Part shown: positions 1 to 11,244 of the stretch, in pieces
Layout: every line of letters begins with the position of its first letter
How positions within the stretch are numbered: the first letter of the stretch is position 1
Source of the DNA: Octopus sinensis
Lineage: Eukaryota
Direction: 5' to 3'
Assembly: GCF_006345805.1 (NCBI RefSeq)
Contig: NC_043004.1
Coordinates: 2,542,001-2,606,000 of the forward strand
DNA length: 64,000 nucleotides
Notes under the pieces: model-generated
What the model saw: the letters and a program-made list of their open reading frames with translations, nothing else
Database searches by the model: none
Told to the model about the DNA's origin: nothing
Made by a program: the position numbers and the translations under genes

Positions 1-58
1 CTTCTGAGTTGTCGACGACGATGGTGGTGGTGGTGGTGGTGTTGGTGGTATTAGTGAT

Positions 59-294
59 GGCGGCGAGCTGGCAGAAACGTTAGCACGCCGGGCGAAATGC
101 CTAACCGTATTTCGTCTACCGTTACGTTCTGAGTTCAAATTCCGCCGAGGTCGACTTTGCCTTTCATCCTTTCGGGGTCGATCAAATAAGTACCATTACG
201 CACTGGTGGTTGATATAATCGACTAAATCCGTGTATCTGTCCTTGTTTGTCCTCTCTGTGTTTAGCCCCTTGTGGGTAGTAAAAAATAGGTATT
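59..294 (+). mobile_element. tRNA-derived SINE, family A (monomer)
   Basis: A-box-like TGGCAGAAACGTTAGC, B-box-like GAGTTCAAATTCC, core GTCGACTTTGCCTTTCATCCTTTCGGGGTCGAT, tail CCCCTTGTGGGTAGTAAAAAATAGGTATT; near-identical copies at 36924 and 38421 and on the minus strand at 27790-28537 and 40763. Confidence 0.9.
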
Positions 295-599
295 AGTGAT
301 GGGTGGGGTGGTGGGGGGTTTAGGCAGTTGTAGTTAGTGGTAGTGGTTGTGGTAATTGTGGTGGTGGCGGTGATAGAAGTAGTAGTAGTGTTGTTGGTAG
401 TAATATTATTATTATTATTAGTAGTAGTAGTAGTAGCAGTAGTAATAGTGTTGTTGTTGGGGGGTAGAAGTAGTAGTATTAGTGGTGGTGTTAATATTAG
501 TGGTAATATCAGTAGTAGTAGTGATAGTAGTAGTAATGGTAGTGGTGCTGGTGGTGGTGATGATAGTACTAGTACCAGCTGCAGCAGCAGTAGTAGTAT

Positions 600-646
<47 letters not shown>
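295..646. repeat. compound trinucleotide microsatellite (TAG/TGG/TTG/TTA)n
   Basis: Direct reading; source of the poly-V/S/T/L ORFs at 135-864. Confidence 0.95.
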
Positions 647-1366
647 TCATGTGATGAGATTTTCCTCTGCTTATTGCACACGCCACAGTTTCGAAATAAT
701 GTTCGCCTATGACCGAATGATAACAATAGCAACAACAGCAACAACAACGACGATGAGAGGCAGGGTGAATTGTTTTTCGCCACGGGGGCCTCGCATGCGG
801 AGGATATGCCTTTTGTTGTCTTAGGAGAAGTTAGGAAAAAGCAGAGAAACGAAATACATACCAAAAATTAAAAAAATTAAAAAAAGAAGCGAGAAGAAAC
901 GAAATATATTTATGTGCTTAAGTAAACGAGTGAGATTAACAGTAACAAGGAACATCAATATGTAGATAACAATAACTAGCAACCGGAGAGAGAGAGAGTT
1001 CCCCCGAAATGGGGGAGTCAACCTTATACGTTGATCCAACGCTAATAACAACACAAACAACGACATTTACTGCAACATTAAACCACAACAAGTTGACACA
1101 GCACTTGAAACATTGACAGGCTTCGTAGAGTCACGTGAAAGACCCTTTTCAGAACAGGCGTCTAAATAGACCTTTTTGTACAGTTTCAACTTGGATATGT
1201 CAATCATTACCCTCCCACCGCACCCTACCTTCAAAATGGACACTTTAACTGCCATCATTCCGCTGAATGATTCATCATTATAATTAGGGCGGTCAGCTTG
1301 TAATGAGCGAGCCTTGATAGCTAAGCAAGAGGAAGAAGGCAGATGGTTGGAGGAAATATCTTTCAC

Positions 1367-1599
1367 CCGCCATATTGTTTATTTATTTTAATGTTTGTTT
1401 CCTTTTTTTTATTTGCGTCTCTCGGTAGGTCAGTTGGCCGGTCGCCGGTCAGTTTTATCAGTCAGTCTGTCCTTTATATATCGGTCGGTCAGTAAAGTCG
1501 ATTAAAACAGACTTGGCGTGAACGAGATATAGAGAGAGGCGGGAGTGGGAGAAACTGACAGGGAGATAGCTGGCAACAGAGGAAAGAGGAAGACAGCGA

Positions 1600-1630
<31 letters not shown>

Positions 1631-1720
1631 GAGGGAAATGATTGGTAGAAGGATGAGGAGAAAGGTGTTTCTAGTTTTCAGTCGTGACAGTTAAGGATAT
1701 ACGGTTTTCTGATAGCCAAT
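1367..1720. promoter_or_regulatory. possible promoter/5'UTR-like segment (YY1-type CCGCCATATT, two CCAAT boxes, GA tracts)
   Basis: CCGCCATATT at 1367-1376, ATTGGT at 1641-1646, CCAAT at 1716-1720; CpG-containing and free of recognisable SINEs. Motif evidence only. Confidence 0.3.
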
Positions 1721-2138
1721 CATCAGTTATATATCTTACTTAGTTCAGAAGCTGATATCAAATTCATGTTGGACGTCAAAAATCAAGCATAACTGACAGA
1801 CTCCTTGATAAAGAAGGAACCAAAAAAATGCAATAATAATCGTAGTAGTAGTAGTAGTAGTAGTAAGTAGTAGTAGTAGTAGTAGTCATGGTGAATAATT
1901 ATCAATTTATGATGTCGTAGTAGATTCGTTCGTTGTGTTCTTGCCAGGCAGCCGAACGATGGAAGCTGTAAGTTATTTACGAATTCATTAGCGGTAAACA
2001 GAGTAAACAATAGATTATATTAACCGAATTTTTGGAGGATTTCTCCTTTTTTTTTGTTTTATTCTAGTTAAGGTAAAGATACAAACTTACAGATTTATGC
2101 ATACATAAACATATTCATGCATATATACTATAACCCCT

Positions 2139-2188
<50 letters not shown>

Positions 2189-2193
2189 TATAT

Positions 2194-3230
2194 ATATATA
2201 TAAAATCTTACTTGGAGAAGAAGAAACGAAACGAAACGAAACGAATCGACGCGAGGGCGCTCAGTCATACAATAGTGTAATAAATAAAATATATGCATAC
2301 ATACATACATATATGTACGTACCTACTTCTACATGTATATAAACATGCATATATAAATATATATACGTGAGTACAGGACACCACAAATAGACGTAGAACT
2401 CAACGAGAAACGAAAACGTAAAAACAAGCATGGAACGGACCTTTTTTTAACAACGAAAAAACAGAGTACAAGACAAACTACACAAGGAAAAACCCATTCA
2501 TCAACTGTCCCTAGTTCAACTCCAGCGTGTTTCGAAGGTGAGGACAGAACACGACTCGTCGAACTAGTCCTTCCTGCGAAAGAATTAAATAAAAATACTT
2601 CGCAGAGGGGTAAAAACAAGGAAAGAAAAAATGTGACACAAACAGGACGTAAAAACGATACAAATAAGATTACAAAAAAAATACAAAATAAAATACAAAA
2701 TAAAAATACAATACAAAAAAATATAATACAAGAAATAAAAACAAACAAGAAAACAAACAAAGAGGGCCTTTTTGGCCTAGACGAGGAAAGATTCTTAAGA
2801 GCGCAAGAAGACCGTGAGGTTACTGTTAGGAGGCCGCAGGCGAAAGGAAGTAGTCGGCCGGCTGTGAGAGAGATGAGGAGGAGTGAGAGAGAGAGAGATA
2901 GGGAAAGAAGGGAAGGTCAAGCAAAGAGTTATAGAGTTTCGCGTCATAATTATATATAAAATCTTACTTGAAGAAGAATAAACGAAACGAAACGAAACGA
3001 ATCGAATCGACGCGAGGGCGCTCAGTCATACAATAGTGTAATAAATAAAATAAGCCGTGTTACAACTACAGCCGGCTATTACCGGTAAAGGTTTTAATTG
3101 CCAATTCTGTACAAGACATTGTAGATCTTTAGCTGGGCCAAAAAGTCACATTCGATCACAGCACGAGTAACAGTTAAGCTTCGTGCAATGGCCATACTCG
3201 ATAACGAGGGGGCAGCCATAGTATATATAT
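2194..3230 (-). repeat. unclassified repeat with ~100 bp direct repeats (2194-2291 and 2951-3052)
   Basis: Block TATATAAAATCTTACTTG...(GAAAC)n...GAATCGACGCGAGGGCGCTCAGTCATACAATAGTGTAATAAATAAAATA occurs twice, about 760 bp apart. Confidence 0.75.
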
Positions 3231-3599
3231 ATACAGACAGACATATATATATATATATATACATACATCCTACATACAAATGCATAGACATACACATACA
3301 ATATATATATATATATATATTCACACACACACATACACACACAGATACAGACATATAGCAAAGGCTGTCAGTGACTTCGAATGTGTTTGTATGACGTAGT
3401 CATAGCGATACTAATAACATGCTGTTGGAATATTATTTGGTTATGCTTCAGAATAAATCGCTACTGAAGTGCTGAGTGTAAAATTAAATTTTCTAAAATG
3501 GCGACGCAACAGGAATTACGTAACCGAAATCATTAATTTAGAGATGGCGCTTCCGTCTCTAAGATGCGGTACACACTCAGATTACACTGGACAACAAAG

Positions 3600-5000
3600 A
3601 TTTTGCTACTGGGATAAAAGCATGTGTTTTAGACTAAACCGAACCCGCACTCAGAATTGTTCTAGCCTGTCTCGCAGTGTGTCAATGCGTGACAAACGTC
3701 TAAACACAAAGTTAATTGTTTTTTACGCATTTTAGATTCCGTACATTCAAATGACCAGAAACTCACCAATAGAAACGAGTTTATGAATCTTTTCAGCAGC
3801 TTCAGACTAAGGCAGAGTTTTCTTTTCATTACCAGGAAAACTTTTGATTTATCAAACAATTTCATAGAAGCATTTCAAAACAATAGCCTCGGCCAACAAT
3901 CATTGCTGGGGCCTTTTAAAAGTCGACCAAATCATCGAAGACGCGAAGTTAGGCACACATAAAATTAACTGTATTATCCCGATATCAATGGCAGTCTATG
4001 TATTTTGGAAGTTTTACAGTATAACACATTGCAATATAAAATGCTGTGAACTTCGTAGACATGGTGATCTTTATAGCCTACAATTTTGATATTAATCTGA
4101 ACACCACACATAACTCCCTGCCTAACATTTGTAGTGTTCCATCTGTATTCAAACGCAACATTTTCCCGATTTTATGTTTAATTTATGTTAAGAGACAACC
4201 TAACTTTGAGATGTCTTTTTGCTTTTCAACGGTACAACTTCCATAAATTCTTCTATCATATGCATATTTTCATCAAGCTTCTAATATAAATGCAAAGCTT
4301 CGTTACTTCAGAACTGCCAGTACTTTCATCAATGGCAATGAAAATTGATAGGAAAAAATGGACTTTATTCTTAAGTGGAAGTTCAATAATTTTAAAGATA
4401 TCCACAATTCGTTCCTGAAGAATGTTATATCTGATAATATTGCTGTTTTCAACATTAGCTATCATTAAAGACATAACCATCCGCCATTTGAATACGCTAG
4501 AATACATACAATACTGCCGTTGAAATGCATCAAGCCGAAATATTTCTCTGGGTCGCCATTTATTTAATGTAATGCGCAAGGTCTCTCCCCTTTTTCGTAT
4601 ATGGTTATTATGATCTCTATGTCTGTAAAAATATCCTTGTTTTTACCTGTTAGCTATGCTCTCAGTACCTCCCCCACCTGCTATGGCAAATTCCAGTATT
4701 CTATACACTAAAGCCTATGTTTCATCTTTCCATATTTGGCGACACCTACCAGTGTAAAAATGCATGATGTATCAGCGTATAGTTTCTTGTGTTATTCTCG
4801 CTGTTAAATACCAAACTCATAATTCCAGACGCGATGCCGCTGAAAATGCAAGGGCAATTTCACCACACACCAATCAGTGTCTATAGTAAGTACTCTTACA
4901 AAATCATTATTCTACTCCCCACAAAATATCCATTTTAATTGGAATAATTTCTCATATTGTATCCCACTATTCATTAAAAAAGATTTCGAAGACCAGGAAT
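3600..5000 (-). pseudogene. fossil hAT (Charlie/SPIN, GTF2IRD2/EPM2AIP1-like) transposase
   Basis: Minus-strand peptides across frameshifts and stops: ERIVDIFKIIELPLKNKVHFFLSIFIAIDESTGSSEVTKLCIYIRSL (cf. FSIAVDESTDISDTAQLAIFIRGV; DES at 4322-4330), DENMHMIEEFMEVVPL, NTDGTLQMLG (cf. ATDGAPAMIG), IVLKCFYEI, GHLNVRNLK. No TIRs identified. Confidence 0.8.
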
Positions 5001-5183
5001 AGTCTACACCATATCACCTATCGGTATTTTAGTTTTCATCTTATGAGCCCACACATATTTCGTCGAAAGATTATCATACTTTACAGATGATAGTCATTCA
5101 TTTCTCGAAAAAAACATATTTATGCTAGATTATTCACTGTCTTTCCTTAAATGAGATAATTGACTAAAATGACATAACATATA

Positions 5184-5580
5184 GGCTCAGGAGTGGCTGT
5201 GTGGTAAGTAGCTTGCTTACCAGCCACATTGTTCCGGGTTCAGTCCCATTGCGTGGCACCTTGGGCAAGTGTCTTCTACTATAGCCTCAAGCCGACCAAA
5301 GCTTTGTGAGTGGATTTCGTAGGTGGAAACTGAAAGAAGCCCCTCGTATATATGTATATATATATATATATGTATGCGTGTCTGTGTTTGTCTCCCCAAC
5401 ATCGTTTGACAACCGACCGTGGTATGTTTGCATCCCCGTAACTTAGCCGTTCGGCAAAAGAGACCGACAGAATAAGTACTAGGCTCACAAAGAAAAGTCC
5501 TGGGGTCGATTTGCTTGACTAAAGACGATGCTCCAGCATGGCCACAGTCAAATGACTGAAACAAGTAAAAGAGTAAAGAG
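5184..5580 (+). mobile_element. tRNA-derived SINE, family B
   Basis: A-box TGGCTGTGTGG, B-box GGTTCAGTCCC, CCTTGGGCAAGTGTCTT motif, internal (TA)n, 3' end GCTCCAGCATGGCCACAGTCAAATGACTGAAACAAGTAAAAGAG; homologous to 14705 and 51066. Confidence 0.9.
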
Positions 5581-6232
5581 TAACACTTATATGTTATGGT
5601 ATACTACTTATATGTTTTAGATGTGAGAGGGAGCCTCGCTGTGTCCAGTGTACTTTTCTAACTATCAAGGCTTGCAAACTATCAATTACTGTTGATCCAT
5701 CTATAGTTTCAGATTTTGATCTATTGCTGCTTAAGTCTGTCTGAAAAATTCCACATTGCTTTTCGGTGTTTATCTTTTCTATGTATATTTCAAAATTTCC
5801 AGAATTTCTTCAAACAATTAGAAAGTATATTCAGAGCTGTCACGTTTGGGACCATCAGCTTCTATCGTTTTCCCCTACTATTGTCCAGTTTGAAATATTA
5901 TAAAAAAGATATGTTTACAAAATTATATAAAATATAAAAATTGCTCAATACCGTCACTTATTTCCAGCCCCAACTTAACAAAATAATCACTCAAACATTA
6001 CGCAGAATTTTCTTGATAAAATAAGACATAGAAAAAGAACTTGCTTTCTATCATATTAAACTTGGTAAATCCAATTCCTGCTACAGACATCTGCTCATCA
6101 CATCCAACATCAGCAAAAGCAGCAGAAACAATAACAACGAGAACAACAACAGCAACAACAAGAACATTTTTAGAATGGAACATCATAACACATGGTGATT
6201 CTTAACATGAAAAGGATAGGTATTCGTAATAC

Positions 6233-6234
<2 letters not shown>

Positions 6235-6304
<70 letters not shown>

Positions 6305-6328
6305 ACACACACACATACACACACACAC

Positions 6329-6368
<40 letters not shown>

Positions 6369-6645
6369 GTGAGTATGAGTATGTGTGTAAGTGAGCGAGC
6401 GCACGTGTGAGTGTACGTACATCTTTGTATGTGCGCGTGTAACTGTATAAGTGTGTGTGTGTGTGTGTGTGATTTTGTGTACATATATGCATAAACACAC
6501 ACATGCACACACATACATATGCACAAACACACACGCACACACAAACACACACACTTGAACATACATATTCAGATATCATCGCATATACATGTCCATCGTT
6601 GATAAATGCGCGCGTGCCTGTGTGTATATATATATATATATATAT
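6235..6645. repeat. (CT)n/(TA)n/(CA)n/(TG)n microsatellite cluster
   Basis: Direct reading. Confidence 0.95.
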
Positions 6646-7099
6646 CAACGTGCGTCTATGATGATGAATAAAAACTTAATCTTACCCAACCATCATTATT
6701 ATATTTCCATATATTATATGTCATATTCAGCAAGAAATATTTATTTTCTTCACTTATTTATTTCGTCTTCAATTCTATTTTGCTTTTTTAATTGTATTTT
6801 CTCTCTGTTTCGCCCTGTCTTACACTTCACAACAAAAATAACGCCTTAAGGTTATAAATAATTGAATAAGATTATTAAGCAATAAAGTGTACTGTCGAAT
6901 TTAATATTAAGAAAATATTTACTCTAGTATATGCACACATTAAACCTTATTTAATTCTTATTTCTAGAATACTGTCACCAAATTATATATCACGACTATA
7001 TTGCTTTGGACACTAAATGAATATTTTGCAATTCGGTAATTTTTTCATATTTTCTCTCTCTAAACTTACATGTCTATCTTTTCCTCGTATATGGAGATG

Positions 7100-7325
7100 C
7101 TAGCTTTTATGTATGCATGTGTGTGGATGTATTTGCATGTATGTGTGTTTGTATACATATCTATCTATACATATATATTTGCATGTGTGAATATATATAT
7201 ATATGTATATGTGTGTATATATGTATATGTATGTGTGTATATATATATGTATGCATGAATGTATGTATGTATATATTGCATATATACTTAAGCACATGTG
7301 TATACAACTACATATATATATATAA
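7100..7325. repeat. (TA)n/(TG)n microsatellite cluster
   Basis: Direct reading. Confidence 0.9.
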
Positions 7326-7879
7326 TTGGGAATTTTCTTTTAGCTCAGTATAAAATAATTTAATCTGATTTATTTTGTCGCAAAGTCAGTAATAATAGAA
7401 CACGAATTGGGAAAAACAGAAACGTACACAAGAGACAACTCTCTCTCTCTCTCTCTCTCATTCCTTCTTTTTCTCTCTTTCGCTCACTCTATTTCTCTGT
7501 CCATATCTCCTCTATCCTTTTCTCGTTAACTATATGCACCTACATGCATACATATATGCGCTAACGCATGCCCACACGGCATATATATATATAAGTGTGT
7601 GTGTATATCAACGGTAGACAATGATTTCTACCTATTAAATAGAATATGCCACTTTTGAGTTTATCACCATTTCCTTACACTGAATTTCATCCCGACTGTG
7701 ATATCTCATAGGACTGATACTTCCCAGTAGTCAATATGAGACCATGGATAGGCATATGAAAAAAGACACACACACACGCACACGCACACATATATACACG
7801 AGGTGGTGTGAAACATTTCCTGGTTTTAAGGTGCGAACAGCGTGGTTGGAGGCCAAAACCTCTGAGTTCTTTACATGGC

Positions 7880-8941
7880 TTAGAAAATGTGAATGACCCT
7901 TGCAATAATTGTATGTTGAATAAAATCATAATTAACTATTTGTATTTTATTGTTGCCAAATTCTTGGTAGAACTTCTTGGGGTTGGAGTTGAACTTTTTG
8001 TTTTGTTCAAAGAAGCACTGGCGTTTCTCGTACCGGTGGATCCTTTGTGCTTTGGCAAGGATATCTTGCTTCAGCTTTTCTTTTATCTCCGGCAAATCTT
8101 TTTCTGTGATGTTATATTTGCGGAGTATTTTTGTTTTCTTTTTGTTGCTCAGTAGCGTTGATTGTCTACTGATTTCATTAAGAATCGACAGATCATTTCT
8201 CATTTTTTGTATTTTGTTTTGGATGTTATTTATCCACAGGGTTTGTTTGGGTGGCGGTACTCCTGTTTGGATGGGTTTGAGTGAGTATCCAGCTTCTTTT
8301 GTGGCTGCAGTGGCTGCTGCGTATACTAAGTCATTTATCTCAGTGATATCGTTTTTTGTTTCAGTGGCTATTAGTTCCGTAACGGCTAGGTTTATGCTGT
8401 TTATAATTGTTGTTGTTTCGTCTATTTTGATTTTTGGGAGGTATGGTCGGTGGTCCATTTTGAGCTCTGTGGTTTTCAGTTCTTTGATTATTTTACTTTT
8501 TATATTATCATAATCATTAGGCTCCCCTTCGTTGTTTCCAGGTTTTAGATTTGTGTCGCTTTCTTTCTTATTTATATGTTTGTTTGCTGTGTTTTGGCTT
8601 GCTGTTTGTCGTGTATTATTATGCATCCTTACGGTCTGGGTTTGTTGTTTTTTGTTTACATCGTGTATGTTGGGAATGTTACGTTTGTCTTCGTGTTTTA
8701 CTGTTTCAGTGTTTATATTATTGGGCATTGTTGTGTGGCTTCTATCTACATTTTCCTGGTGTATTTTTTCTTTTAGATGTTCTATTTCTATTTCTGATAT
8801 TTTGTTTGCGTTGAGAATGTATCTTCGTACGTTAGCTAGTTTATTAGGGTTCATTGCTGTATCCAAGTCTATATTTATGTTATTTTCCTTCCATATTTTA
8901 TATGTATGTGTTGTTGTGTTTTCATTTTTTGGGTAGAGCAC
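7880..8941 (-). CDS. open N-terminal part (353 aa) of the R4/Dong polyprotein; no RT domain
   Basis: Longest non-low-complexity ORF in the window; homology as above; about the last 20 codons run into unrelated flanking sequence. Confidence 0.6.
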   Translation of the reverse strand: MLYPKNENTTTHTYKIWKENNINIDLDTAMNPNKLANVRRYILNANKISEIEIEHLKEKIHQENVDRSHTTMPNNINTETVKHEDKRNIPNIHDVNKKQQTQTVRMHNNTRQTASQNTANKHINKKESDTNLKPGNNEGEPNDYDNIKSKIIKELKTTELKMDHRPYLPKIKIDETTTIINSINLAVTELIATETKNDITEINDLVYAAATAATKEAGYSLKPIQTGVPPPKQTLWINNIQNKIQKMRNDLSILNEISRQSTLLSNKKKTKILRKYNITEKDLPEIKEKLKQDILAKAQRIHRYEKRQCFFEQNKKFNSNPKKFYQEFGNNKIQIVNYDFIQHTIIARVIHIF

Positions 8942-9529
8942 TGCTGTGAAGTATGCGTGTAGGATAGAAATGTACTCCTCACGTGTCCATTTATGTCTTT
9001 TGGGTTTTATTTGCGGGACATGAGGAACAGCGTCCGGCCATTATTTTGACGGTCGTCATTTTTGTAGGGTACCGGTCCGTTCATTTCTGTTGTCACATTG
9101 TTTTGCACGTGTAGTTTTTCGTACATTTTGTGTTGTAAGTTTAAAGTACGTACCTCCCGATTGTTATTCTTGGGTTGAATAATATCGGTGGTATTTAATT
9201 TCTTCGTAGTTCCTTTGTACATGGAGTTTGGGGTCGGGGATGATCTGGTGTTGATGGATCGTAATGTACCACGCATGTTTACATGTGTTGTGTTAGAGGC
9301 GGAGATGATATCGAGTCAAAATACATCATTTCGTTTCGAAAATAGTAATAAATTTCAATGAGTATTACTTACTCGGGTCCAGTCCAATCCTTTGTTAGTA
9401 AATCTTTGGCTCCATACGATGTCCTTGTCTTCGATGTTTGTGGATAGAGTTCGGAGCTCTGTTTTATCGTTCTTACATCTTAAACGTCCCCCGGTGTATC
9501 TTTCTGAAACGTCCCCCCTTATTATTATT
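7940..9529 (-). mobile_element. R4/Dong-type RLE non-LTR retrotransposon, 5' portion (5'UTR + N-terminal ORF), 3'-truncated before the RT
   Basis: The frame of the 353 aa ORF extends upstream as KRHKWTREEYISILHAYFTAVLYP and contains NKLANVRRYILNANKISEIEIE, INDLVYAAATA, WINNIQNKIQKMRNDLS and LKQDILAKAQRIHRYEKRQCFFEQNKKFNSNPKKFYQEF, all typical of the pre-RT region of R4/Dong elements. The element begins directly after an (AAT)n tract. Confidence 0.85.
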
Positions 9530-9608
9530 ATTATTATTATTATTATATTATTATTATTATTATTATTATTATCATTATTATTGTTATTATTATTATTATC
9601 ATTATTTT
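9530..9608. repeat. (TTA)n microsatellite joining two Dong elements
   Basis: Direct reading. Confidence 0.95.
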
Positions 9609-10375
9609 TCAATGTAGTTTGATTTGACTCCATGTGTTATTAAAATTTCGCAGGCTTCTAGCAGAAACTCGATTCGTTCGGGCTTACATTACTGAATGAA
9701 GTAACATTAGAACTCGAAGATGGCTACTGCAACATCAGTACCAGACAAGTATATGCACACATCGACAATGCCTTCAGGTTAACATCTCTTAATTTTCAGG
9801 CACCTTACGGTGTATTCGAGCGGTTCCAAGCCGTGCTGTTTTCTGCAAGTGCTCCACCCTTATTGCAGCCCCAATTTGTTCTACGTACTTCTCGAGAAAT
9901 TTTTGCTCACTATTCCCAAGGGCTCCGACAAGTATTGATACTACTGCTGCCTTTTTCATCGACCACAACTACTTAGCTTCCCAAGCTAACCTGTCATATC
10001 TCTCAACTTTTCTTTCTTCCTTATCGCATATCTTGTTGTCTGCTGGGCATGCTATGTCTATGATGCAGTATAGTTTATTTTATGCCCGGCTTCCTATTCT
10101 CAATCTCATGGTCGCACTCAATCATAAAATCCCCTGGGATCATTTCATTTCTGTTTTCGTCAATGCCTCCAGGTCGTACCAATTTTTTGCTCTGTCAAGT
10201 TCATACGTGTTGCAAAGTGTCCAATAGACATGCCTGGCTATATTGTCGTGTCGTTTCTTATATTCCTCATGGGCTAGTGGCGTACATTGGCTGGTAATAT
10301 ACCATACGGTTTCACCGTTTCGTCCACAGATTCTGCACTTATCACTTTCTGCTGCGTTGTCTGTACTGTATTTTA
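9609..10375 (-). mobile_element. R4/Dong-type element, degenerate 3' end (CCHC knuckle + restriction-like endonuclease + 3'UTR)
   Basis: Minus-strand peptides SDKCRICGRNGETVWYITSQCTPLAHEEYKKRHDNIARHVYW, IIDIACPADNKICDKEERKVERY, LQKTARLGTARIHRKV*, followed by a 3'UTR and (AAT)n. Confidence 0.9.
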
Positions 10376-10602
10376 TGAGTAAATTTTAGATTAAAAGAGA
10401 ACTTTGTTTATCTTAATTTTGAAAAATAAAAGAAGCATTAAAAAACCGCATTATTTAGTCTTCTTATTAAAAGTGCGAAAATGTGTATTAGCAATTGGTT
10501 GATAACTGATGAAGAATTAGGGACCTTCTGTGTTTGTCTCCCGTTCGGTTGTACACTCAGTATACGTTTTGTCGTTTGTTTATTTACCACACAATTCTCA
10601 TT

Positions 10603-10603
<1 letters not shown>

Positions 10604-10674
<71 letters not shown>

Positions 10675-10718
10675 TATACATGCACACACATACACACATA
10701 CATACATACATACATACA

Positions 10719-10752
<34 letters not shown>

Positions 10753-10805
10753 CATACATATATATATACATACATACATACATACATATATAAATATATA
10801 TATAT
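10604..10805. repeat. (TA)n + (TACA)n microsatellite
   Basis: Direct reading. Confidence 0.95.
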
Positions 10806-11244
10806 ATTCAAATGAGTGTGAATATCTGTAAGTGTGTGTGCATGAGTGTGGAGAGAAAGAAAGAGTTAGAAATAGAGAAAAGACACGCAGAAATATAAAA
10901 TATCTCTTGGCTACAAGATATTATCCTGCAATCTCAAAACACACAGGAAAATATAATTAATTCCAGGCGCTTCTTCCTAACCGAGACAACACTCTGTAGA
11001 CTACATTCTGAAAATTGCATGAAAAATCTCTTGAAACATAATTTGTCTTTATTATTAAAAATAGCAATAAATTTTAAATGTTTATTGGAGCGCTTTCGTC
11101 CATGAGTAGAGATGAATAATATTTATAATTCCAATAATGTCTCATCCTTCTTAGTGCAATAATTTCCGTCAGATCTTTTGCATTTTGTTCACATCCGTTT
11201 ATAAGCGAAGTCTTCTTATACTCCCTGTGCAAACCGCTAACCTT

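Noticed and set aside
135-864. Long ORFs rich in L/T/V/S/N (and similar IYIY, CVCV, poly-K/E/F/S ORFs throughout the window)
   Set aside because: They are translations of tri- and dinucleotide microsatellites, which lack stops by construction.
2540-2600. Minus-strand CGCAGGA-A-GGAC-TA-GTTC-GACG resembling a hammerhead
   Set aside because: Multiple core mismatches and a 2 nt stem II loop.
5998-6186. Signal-peptide-like ORF MMFHSKNVLVVAVVVLVVIVSAAFA
   Set aside because: The hydrophobic core is a degenerate (GTT)n tract, there is no convincing donor site, and I recognise no mature domain.
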